DNA of 61,993 nt, filler included. It is 4 parts of 4 records of this genome, joined end to end, with 100 filler letters (N's around TTAATTAATTAA, not from the genome) between each part and the next. Parts side by side here need not be neighbours in the genome. Positions count along the whole stretch, not along the records: positions 47,032 to 52,203 come from DRR378314_352; positions 52,304 to 61,993 come from DRR378314_353; 2 more parts are not named here. One strand, written 5' to 3'. A program made the position numbers and the translations under genes. Shown here piece by piece: positions 50,220 through 61,993 of the stretch (positions are counted from its first letter, which is position 1; every line of letters begins with the position of its first letter). The notes under the pieces were generated by a model that searched no databases, was not told where the DNA came from, and was given only the letters and a program-made list of their open reading frames with translations.

Positions 50220-50734
50220 GCCGCCCGCGTCCTGAACCCGTGCAGGTGATCAAGCAACGCCGTGATGCGGCCCTTGCGGCGCTGGTGGAATCGGTGCCTT
50301 ACATCGGCTTTCTCGGCATCACCTTCGAGCGTCGCGGCGATGAGCTGACCTCGACCATGCATTTCCACGACAATCTGATTGGCAACCCGATGCTGCCGGC
50401 GATCCACGGCGGGGCCACGGCAGCGTTTCTCGAGGTGACTTCGGTGATCACCCTGCAGTGGTTCCATCTCTGGCCACAGTTCGAAAGCGGCGATCTGGAT
50501 GTGGAAACGATGGCGGCGGGGCAGATGCCGCGCCTGCCCAAGACCATTGATTTCACGGTGGATTACCTGCGCTCCGGCCTGCCGCGTGATTCCTACGCAC
50601 GCGCCACCGTGAACCGCTCTGGACGGCGCTATGCCTCGGTGCATGTGGCGGCCTGGCAGGACCATAAGGACAAGCTGTTTGCCCAGGCGACCGGGCATTT
50701 CCTGATGCCGCAGGAGCGCCCGTCCGAGGGCTGA
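50216..50734 (+). CDS. PaaI family thioesterase
   Basis: PAIHGGATAAFLE, KTIDFTVDYLR; ATGA overlap. Confidence 0.92.
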   Translation: MSRPRPEPVQVIKQRRDAALAALVESVPYIGFLGITFERRGDELTSTMHFHDNLIGNPMLPAIHGGATAAFLEVTSVITLQWFHLWPQFESGDLDVETMAAGQMPRLPKTIDFTVDYLRSGLPRDSYARATVNRSGRRYASVHVAAWQDHKDKLFAQATGHFLMPQERPSEG

Positions 50735-50752
50735 TCACGAAGGACCAATTTT

Positions 50753-52078
50753 ATGGCGGAGGCCTCCGGACCGATCACCCACAGCCGGGTGTTGAAAATC
50801 GCGCTGCCCATCGTTCTGTCCAATGCCACCGTGCCGATCCTGGGTGCGGTGGATACGGGCGTGGTGGGACAGCTGGGCGAGGCGGCCCCAATCGGCGCCG
50901 TTGGCATCGGGGCGGTGATCCTGTCGACCATCTACTGGGTGTTCGGTTTTCTGCGCATGGGTACCACCGGTCTGGCGGCACAGGCCCGCGGCGCCGGAGA
51001 TGAGGCCGAGACCGGCGCGCTGCTGATGCGAGGGCTGATCCTTGCAGGCGGCGCGGGGCTGTTCTTTATCCTGGCGCAGGTGGCGGTGTTCTGGGGCGCG
51101 TTTGCGCTAGCGCCCGCCAGTGCCGAGGTGGAGGGGCTGGCGCGGCAATATCTGCAGATCCGCATCTGGGGCGCGCCTGCGACCATCGGGCTATATGCCG
51201 TGACTGGCTGGCTGATCGCGATCGAGCGCACGCGGGGGGTCTTCCTGCTGCAGATCTGGATGAACGGGCTCAATATTGCGCTGGATCTGTGGTTCGTGCT
51301 GGGGCTTGGCTGGGGCGTCGAAGGGGTCGCCATCGCGACGCTGATTGCCGAGTGGACAGGGTTGGCCTTTGGCCTCTGGCTGTGCAGATCTGCCTTTGCA
51401 GGCGACCAGTGGTACGATTGGGCGCGGATTTTCGACCGTGCGCGGCTCAAGCGGATGATGCAGGTCAATGGCGACATCATGGTGCGGTCGGTGCTGCTGA
51501 ATCTGTCATTTACCACCTTTTTGTTTCTCGGTGCGGATCTTGGCGATGTGATGTTGGCCTCCAATCAGGTGCTGATCCAGCTTCTGCAGATGACCGCATT
51601 TGCGCTGGACGGCTTTGCCTTCAGCGCCGAGGCGTTGGTGGGTGGGGCCGTCGGGGCACGGGATCCTGCGCGCCTGCGCCGGGCTGCGGTTGCGTCGAGC
51701 TATTGGGGAGTGGGATTCTCGGTGGCGCTGGCCATGATCTTCTGGTGGGGCGGGCCTGCGCTGATTGATCTGATGGCCACGGCGCCGGAGGTGCGCGAGA
51801 CTGCGCGGCACTATCTGATCTGGCTGGCGCTGGCTCCGTTGATCAGCGTGGCGAGCTTCATGTTCGACGGTATCTACATTGGTGCCACCTGGACCCGCGA
51901 CATGCGGATTGCGATGATCCAGGCGGTGGGGATCTATGTGATCGCGCTTGTGGTCTGTGTGCCGGTGCTGGGAAATCACGGACTGTGGCTGGCGCTGATG
52001 GTGCTGAATCTCGCCCGCGCGGCGACGCTGGCGGCCCGCTACCCTCGGCTGGAGGCGTCGATTTCGTCTGTGGGATGA
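50753..52078 (+). CDS. MATE family efflux transporter (DinF-like)
   Basis: IALPIVLSNATVPILGAVDTGVVG, FLRMGTTG, NIALDLWFV, LDGFA. Confidence 0.93.
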   Translation: MAEASGPITHSRVLKIALPIVLSNATVPILGAVDTGVVGQLGEAAPIGAVGIGAVILSTIYWVFGFLRMGTTGLAAQARGAGDEAETGALLMRGLILAGGAGLFFILAQVAVFWGAFALAPASAEVEGLARQYLQIRIWGAPATIGLYAVTGWLIAIERTRGVFLLQIWMNGLNIALDLWFVLGLGWGVEGVAIATLIAEWTGLAFGLWLCRSAFAGDQWYDWARIFDRARLKRMMQVNGDIMVRSVLLNLSFTTFLFLGADLGDVMLASNQVLIQLLQMTAFALDGFAFSAEALVGGAVGARDPARLRRAAVASSYWGVGFSVALAMIFWWGGPALIDLMATAPEVRETARHYLIWLALAPLISVASFMFDGIYIGATWTRDMRIAMIQAVGIYVIALVVCVPVLGNHGLWLALMVLNLARAATLAARYPRLEASISSVG

Positions 52079-52203
52079 ATTTCTGCGCGGACGCTTCGCG
52101 AGGCGCCTGATACCAAGCGGAGATTTGCTATCGCAAATCACTGGTGAGGTTTTGCGCTTTGCTTTGCAAATCGCCGGGGGCAGGCCGCGCCTTTGGCGCG
52201 GCC

Positions 52204-52303
52204 NNNNNNNNNNNNNNNNNNNNNNNNNNNNNNNNNNNNNNNNNNNNTTAATTAATTAANNNNNNNNNNNNNNNNNNNNNNNNNNNNNNNNNNNNNNNNN
52301 NNN
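52204..52303. other. artificial contig spacer
   Basis: N44-TTAATTAATTAA-N44. Confidence 0.99.
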
Positions 52304-52466
52304 CAGTCGCAGACGCTGACCTTCACGCTGACGCTGGCGCAGATAGATACCCCTATTGCGTGAAGACGGCGAATCGTTTTTAGCGGCTGCGCCGCCGTTT
52401 TTTCCTTCCCCCCTTCCCCTGGCCCCTGTGCTTATGCGTCGCGCCTGCTGATCGCGCACGTTCCAG

Positions 52467-53040
52467 GTTTGAACGAAGACTGGTTCCCGGAATGCCCGGC
52501 GGTCTTCCTGGGATCTACATGTACTTTGACATGTCGCCCATCCAGGTAAGTATCCCGCCCTATGCGACGCTGCTGATAACAAGAGAGGGGAAACTGCTGC
52601 GTTTCTGGTAGCTGTGCCGCTGGTGTTGTCGCATACGAGTGCTGTGCGTTTGCTGCGGCCGCGTAGAAGCGGAGTCGGTAGTCGCTGCCCCTCCTGCTTC
52701 TGCGCCACCAACCAATTACTTACTTGCTGCAACAGGGCATAAAATCGGTCTTGGTTCTGTATGTATGAATCGATGAGAGGCTTGCTGGTGTATCCTCCTC
52801 GCGCCAAACTACCTTGCGAAGCCGTGTTTTCGCGCCGGGGCGAGGAGCGCGGTTGCCTGCTCACTGCCTTGCGCTCGCTTTGCTTCCTGTCGTCCGCCGT
52901 CTGTGTCGCAGATCATTCACTCGAAGCGATGGAGCAAAACGATGCTGCACTTTGTCGTCCAAATTTTTGCCATCATTGGCGGTGTGTTTGCGATGGCTCG
53001 TTTCATCGATAGTGTGGTCTACTCGATCAAGGCGCGATAA
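52467..53040 (+). CDS. eukaryotic ERGIC3/Erv46-family ER-Golgi protein, last two exons (5' missing)
   Basis: join(52467..52545,52912..53040): FERRLVPGMPGGLPGIYMYFDMSPIQ|IIHSKRWSKTMLHFVVQIFAIIGGVFAMARFIDSVVYSIKAR*; donor GTAAGT, acceptors CAG; LPG..SP and AIIGGVF..ID are family motifs. Confidence 0.82.
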
Positions 53041-54265
53041 GCGAAGGGAGCGACGCATGAAACGATGACGCGCCGCTCGGCCGCGTTTCGCTCGTCCACT
53101 ACGAGCACACTACGCCGATCGTGGTTGTGCAATGTGTGTGACACAGCGGTAGAATGAATGTGATACCGAGGCGCGTCTTCCCTCCGCGTGCCCTCTTCTT
53201 TTCCACGCCTGCTACCGCTTGAGTCACATCGACTCGGGTGCGATGTGGCACGGGAGAGTGAAGTGGGTAGTACTGTCAGCGCATACGCCTTGCGTTCATT
53301 GCAATGTATCACAGCAAACCCAGCGAAAAGCTGAAGCGCGAACAGCGGGGAAGCGCCGCGCGGGCTTCGTTGCCGCGCGCGCGGTCGCGACCGAGCGGAA
53401 ACATCCGCACTCCTCACGCTGCATAATCGCCAGTAGCTGAAGTTGGCAGCAAAGGCATAAACTCATGGACAATCTCGGTACCAGAACACGCAAACAGAAA
53501 CACATACGCACACGAACACGCACAAGCACAAGCACACAATGTCAACGTAGCCATCCCGCACAAACGCTGTCACTCGCAACCAGCACCGCCCCAGTAGGCC
53601 TGCCGACGCGAAACCGGCAAACCGCGGCGCGAGCCTCGCCCATTGCTGCACGCAGGCACGCGCGCAACAGGTAGCAGCCGCTCATTCGCCGGCCGCGAAC
53701 CCACCGCGCGTGTGCACAGGAGACCGGCCCGCCACACCTCTGCGCGTTTGCTATGCGTCATATGACGCGGCACAGCGCGCAAAGGCGGGAAGCCAGGACC
53801 TGGCAGCGTGCCCTGAGGGGAGCAGGACCAAGGACCGACGAGACGACAACCCCTTTCGAATGCATAAGCAAAGGCACAGAGAGAATACCAGACGCATCGC
53901 GCAAAGCACGTCCCAGCAGAAGCGCTTTGACTCCTTGACCACGTCCACGCGCCGCCGCGCGCGCGCTCACCGGGGAGACATCGACGCGGCACCGCGGGAC
54001 GGTAAGAAACGCCCGCCACAACGGAAAGGATATTGCGCAGATCGACATGCAACGAGACCACGCGTCATTGCATCGCCAAGCTGCGGTCCTCGGCGCGCCC
54101 GCCGCAGGATTGCAGGGGAGAGATTCGCGCCCACCAGCCAGAAACCTCTCTTGTACACACGGTGCGCCTCAGTAGCTACTCAGGTATCCCAATGATACAT
54201 CGTTCCTCGCCAGAGAGGGGCGACGGCCAGCGAGAGCGACAGCATCTGCGCAGGGACCGCTGCAC

Positions 54266-56970
<2,705 letters not shown>

Positions 56971-59347
56971 TTATTTTCCTGTGTGGATCCAGTCAACGAC
57001 AGGCGCAAGCACACGACAGCACCGTCAGCAACCGTAACCTCGCGAAGCTTGGGCAGCCCAGCAGTCTGAAGCGAGAGCAAAGCCAGCCGGCGCTGTCCGT
57101 TCTCCTGACAATAGCAATGCGGTGCGTGCCCCAGTCCAACGAAAGTGAACAGAAAGTATTCTCACAAAAGAAGAAGAGTTCAGCGACCCAGTTGTTGAGG
57201 AACAACAGACGCAAACGGCCCGCAACGAACGGGCGAGCTACTGCGTCTCTGAACACGGAAGCGTGTACGCGCGCAACAACACGGAGAGAGGTCTTTGCCA
57301 ACGCTCAGCGCCATCCAACAATGGCAGATGCTGGTCCATCGCTAACCAACACAAATACATCCAATATATTATAACTCTACATACGCAATAGAATACTGAC
57401 GGATAAGGGCCTCGTTGTACAAATGAAGTGGCAAATCCCGCCTTGAGACCAGCACATACAAAGAATGTGGCGACAGTGCACCACAAAGCCTCCGGTGTGC
57501 GCTACAGCAACGCCTAATATTGCGTACAATCTCGTCAATAAAAGGGGGATAGTTATACTATACTACTAGGGTTAGAGTAACCAGTCGAGTGGATTCATTC
57601 CCAGGGTAGCCCGGCAAAGCGGCCAGCGATACCACCAGACGTGCGCCAAGAATGCTGCTTCCTCGAGGTAGAGAGCAAGGCGCTTTTACACATGGATCGC
57701 CGCAATACGCTCGTCTTGATCGAGAAAAATAAATATTCATAATCAATACGAATGTTCAGTGGATTTTTCCCGGAAAAAACTCCCGCGGGGTGCCATAATG
57801 AAACGAGAGAACACACGGTACTGCGGCCGATGCGATGCCCGTCGCCGCGCACTGAAGAGGCGGTACACAAGGGGCGAACAAGCAGCGCGCCTGAACTGAC
57901 GTGCGCTATCCCAAGCCCGCGCCGCTCGTCCCAGTGCTTGCACCGCGCAGCAACGGACAGCTGCAGTGCGCGCAACAGAACAGCCGCTACAGCACCTAAA
58001 ATATCCCCGTGAAGTGCTACCTATACCGCATCTCTATCACATAATCGATCCTATAAATACTTTGGAAGGAATAAACCTCCAATCGTCGGCACGGGATGGG
58101 CGAGGCTGTCGCACAACCGCAGCCAAGGCCACCGGCTCGGCCAGCGGGGAAAGGAGGGGGTAGGCGGCCCATCCGCCCACAGCACAGCAGAAAGCACACG
58201 ACGCGCCGACCGGACGCACCGCACGCAACCCAAGCGCCTCACCGCTGCGTGCGCGCGCATTCGCCTGCGCAAGCAAGCGCGTACGCTGCAATTGCCGCCA
58301 AACAAGGCCAGCAAATCGCCACGCATGCACCTGCACACAGTAGAATAGGCCAGCTCGTACATTCCCGAGCGTGCGGAGTTACCGCCGCCTCGAGAAGAAA
58401 GGGAAAGCGGGGCGAAGCACATACCTTGAGCGGCGCGCGAATTCGAAAAAGCGAGTCGACAGAAAGAGAGTTTGTGTGACTGAGAAACAGGCGAGTCGCG
58501 CACAGCCAGAGGAAAGCGTAGCTTAGCAGCGCGCAGCGCGACGACAGCGCCATTCATAGCGCCGAGCAAGCTCGCACTCGCACACGGAGAGCCGGCGGGA
58601 ATCCAACGAAAAAACTGGAATGGAATGCCCAACCTCTCCAAAATATCCTTATTCACTTCCATTTACATCCAGATTCATCCAGTTTAAAGATGTAACCCTA
58701 GCGGCCAAAAATGCCACGCGACGTCCGAACTTGGCGGTGTAATGTCATACGTCTGACTTATTGTACGGCAATGTCGAATCGGCGCAGTAGGGCGCGCACA
58801 ATCTTTCCCCTTTCGCACTGCGCCGCCGCACACTGGGGCCGCGAAGCGAGCGGGAGTCGGGCGTGCTGCCGGCGGAGGCACTGCGGCGGCGCGTGAGCAT
58901 GCCTGCCGCCATCGCCGTGCCTACGTAAGCGCGCCCCACCGGCCCGCCCGCAAGGGCCCTCCGCGCCGCCGCACCCTGGCCCTGCGCCCAACCCGTTCCA
59001 CAACCAAGCAAACCGACATCGAAGAGCCGCGGGCGCGCGCACACCGCCTCGGTGGCCGGTGCGCATCCAGCTTTCCTCGCGCCGCAGCGTATTGTGAATT
59101 TACTGGCGACTCCAGCCAAGCTCTGCCCCGTCCAGCACATCGCGCGAGCCTACGGCCAGTGGTGGTTGCGAACGCAAAGGCTGCAGCCTAGTCGCAGACA
59201 GAGTCCTTGGCAGACTTGAAATTCCGGTTTGTCGGTCAGAACCTTTACGGATCTTGTTTCAAGGCATTCTGCGCGTCTTGTTTTGAGCGTACACGCAGCA
59301 ACGCACCCGAACGAGCCAGAGCGGAAATCGAGTCCTCGTCAGCAAGA

Positions 59348-61993
59348 ATGTGCAGGACGATCCTCCTAGCCACGTTCGTCGCACTGGCAAGTGTCGTCAT
59401 CGAACAAGCTGCGGCTGCCAAATTGTTCCCAACTGAGCCTCTGGTGCAGTCTACCGAGATCCATGATTGGATGAAAGCACACCAGCAATCAAAATTCATT
59501 CTTCTCGTGCGCGAACCAGCAGACGAAGACACCCTCGATGTGCGGTCTCTCGAGCTCACTGCCATCGCCTCGGTTCTGCACGGCCTCGCCGCGCAACAGG
59601 ACCTCGGGGTCGCTGTAGCAAGCGTGGAGAAATCTCCGGAAGTAGAAAATCTCTCACTTGAAATTAAGCGATTGAAGAACTCTGCAGCATTCTATCTCGT
59701 TGAGAAAACGCAGGTTCCCTCCGGCGGTGTTGCAATAGCGTACAAACGAATCGTCGTTGCGACAATGGATCCTAGGTGAGCAAGAGGTGGAAACCGTGCT
59801 GGCCCGCGCCCGTGCACACAGGCGCTGTATAGCGAAGCCCTGCGCACGCACTCACACTGCCGCCCAAAAGCATCCACACGTCGACCAGGATAGCACGCTG
59901 TTCCTACCAAGATGCCATAGCAACAAAAGCTTCAGGAGCGACCGAGTTCAAGAGGCCCCTCTTCCTACGCATCGCCACATACGCCACCCTGGTTCGAAGG
60001 GTCACATCCAAGCTCCCATCGACCCGGAAGCGCATGTCAACGCAGGGCTTGCGCATCAGAAAAGCGCGAATGCAGAACGTACACCCCCACGTTTTGCACC
60101 AATGTCCTCATCTCTATCTAGGAAGCTCTCGCTTTCAATTACTCGAATTTCAATAGGGATTCATAGTGAGAGACAAATGTTGCAGTTTTGGATAGAATGT
60201 AGAATCGATGTACGAAGTCAGGTACAGCCGCACTCGTGGCCGGTGGCGCAGAGTCCGCGATAGCGCACGGAAGACGACCCAGCTCCGAGAGATCATTCGC
60301 CCCTGCGCCACAGCCGCCCCTCCCTTCTTTCTCACCAACATCCGAACCTTGTTTTCCTTTTCCATCCTCATTTGCAAGATCGGTGCTTCTCAAAGCGGGA
60401 GTAAGAGCAGAACTCGCAAACAACGTTCCGCGCAGCAAATTTATTCGCGCAGTGTCTCCCGAAGAGCTAGAGGCGGTGCTGAAAGAGTCCGACGCACTGG
60501 TAACCTTCCGAAACTCTTGGACAGCCTTCGAAGAGCTCGAAAATGAATTGGACCGTGCTTTCGTAGCAACTATCGCTCGAAGAGTACCCTTCCTTGCGGT
60601 AAGACAAGAGAAAGGCGAGAGACCAAGATGAACAGCGTGCTACCTATCGGACCGGGCGTGTTGGTATCAGAGTTTGACAGCGAGAACAGGAAATGTGCGC
60701 GCACTGCTGCAGTGCTTCACACACCTTTTCCCTCGGCGCGCCCCATCGTGCAAATACTAGCTGCAAGGAACTCCCCCCATAACTTGTATTTACATTGTAT
60801 CTTTTCTAATGGCTTTCTTAGCCTGTTTAGAAGAAAACATTGCTCTCCACAAAGTTTCAAGAAAGCAGCATGAGATCACACCGCTTCATACGGAGAGCAG
60901 CCGAATATTCGAGGCGTAAAAGCGCGATTCTCGGTTCACTTCACCCCCTCCGTTCGAATCTCTCATCGCTAAAGTAAGCTTTGTCTTTTTTCTTTTGTTT
61001 GTTGTACTTTTCTCCAGATCGATTGTGATACACATTTCGATGTATGTGAGAAACACGAAAGGTTGACGTTGAGCGTCGAATACGTTCCCAAGAACCTCCA
61101 GATTGGAAAGGGGACCGTGATTCGCGAGGTCCGACAAAGAAGACGAAAACGCTCCTGCCCCATTGCACAGCAGTTTCGATTCTCTCTTTCTTATTCCATT
61201 TCGATCAGGCAATACTTTCCACTTCTTCTGTAAGCTTCATCGGAAGTTGACCAGACTACTGACATGTGCAGGACAAATTGACAGTTTCTCAACCTGGAAA
61301 GTTGTCAAACGCGGGGTTATTGCCACGCATTCTTCCGTGGTTTGACGAACAGGGCACATCAGCGCTGCATCTGAGCTCCCACTGAGAGTTTTAGTTGTTC
61401 ATTTTCTCGTCTTCCTGCTGGAATATCGCGCCCAGACGAACATCATTTCGGACGTAGTTTCCGCAGGAGGACACTTGGATACCTTCCCACGGAAATCCGA
61501 CGGGCAGATCGATCTGAAGACAGTCATCGTTCCGAAAGACGTCACCAAGACCGTGCAAGCGGTCTTCCTGTACGTTTGCACAGCGGAAAATACCAGCTTG
61601 GGCCTGCGTTTTGCCGAACTGACTGTACACAACCTACCCCATTGCAGCCCACACTGACGCCGTCATCCTCACAGAATGAGGGACGATGAGCTCCCCTCCA
61701 ACTCGCTTCACGGCAATCGAAATCTGAGTGCCTCTGTTTGTATCCTTGCCCACTCGGGAAACCACAGAAAAGGAATGAACGCAATTCAAGAAGCGCACGC
61801 CTTCGTCGAGCAGCGGAGAGCGAGCGCGAATTCGAAACCGGAGCGCATTATGCTGAAAGCAGTTCAAGCACATCTCAAGGAACTTGCAGAGGCTTCACAA
61901 GCTGTACGTCGCCCTTCAAGACTATAATAGTATAATACAAATGCAAGTGACACGACACAGTGATCCGTTTTCATAGAACGCAACGCAGATTTT
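59348..61993 (+). CDS. eukaryotic secreted/ER protein with thioredoxin-fold-like segment, multi-exon (3' outside window)
   Basis: Model join(59348..59775,60379..60598,61018..61128,61436..61569,61675..61903,61977..>61993), all GT-AG and phase-consistent. Signal peptide MCRTILLATFVALASVVIEQAAAA; spliced FLA|IDCDTHFDVCEKHE. Confidence 0.68.

Noticed and set aside
53041-54265. Many Arg/Cys-rich ORFs and AC-rich tracts between ERGIC and Rac
   Set aside because: Low-complexity UTR/intergenic sequence with no recognisable motifs.
57000-59340. Possible extra gene or ncRNA in the Rac upstream gap (e.g. ORF 58051-58662; TAGGGTTAG near 57567)
   Set aside because: No recognisable protein or RNA motif and no consistent exon chain; the telomere-like word is not tandem. 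A hidden gene cannot be excluded.

Overview
This window is not one locus. It is four unrelated contigs joined by artificial 100-bp spacers (N44-TTAATTAATTAA-N44) at 22090-22189, 46932-47031 and 52204-52303. Contig A (1-22089) is alphaproteobacterial core chromosome (Caulobacterales/Hyphomonadaceae-like by impression). It carries carD, fdxA, a TerB-family gene, an S4 protein, a Suv3-like helicase, gap-pgk-fba-thiE, efp-suhB, an EthA-like monooxygenase, an ABC exporter, rpmE, and a secreted nuclease with a perfect CtrA box. Contig B (22190-46931) is an accessory-looking Rhodobacteraceae-like nutrient-acquisition region. It holds a GntR/PLP-lyase/sugar-ABC/AGE-isomerase operon containing an internally deleted aceE/mdeB-like relic, tupBCA plus regulator, a Tat-exported NitT/TauT-type ABC system, and a siderophore uptake set with exbB-exbD-exbD-tonB. 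Contig C (47032-52203) is Rhodobacteraceae-like: acyl-CoA dehydrogenase, two LiuR-like MerR genes split by a shikimate-kinase-like gene, two PaaI thioesterases and a MATE. Contig D (52304-61993) is eukaryotic with spliceosomal introns: the last two exons of an ERGIC3/Erv46-type gene, a complete 5-exon Rac GTPase (193 aa, C-terminal CSIL), and a secreted thioredoxin-fold-like gene of at least 6 exons. The best candidate for an undescribed system is the putative sugar-amino acid conjugate catabolic operon at 22471-30212. All family calls come from motif recognition by eye; no database searches were run.
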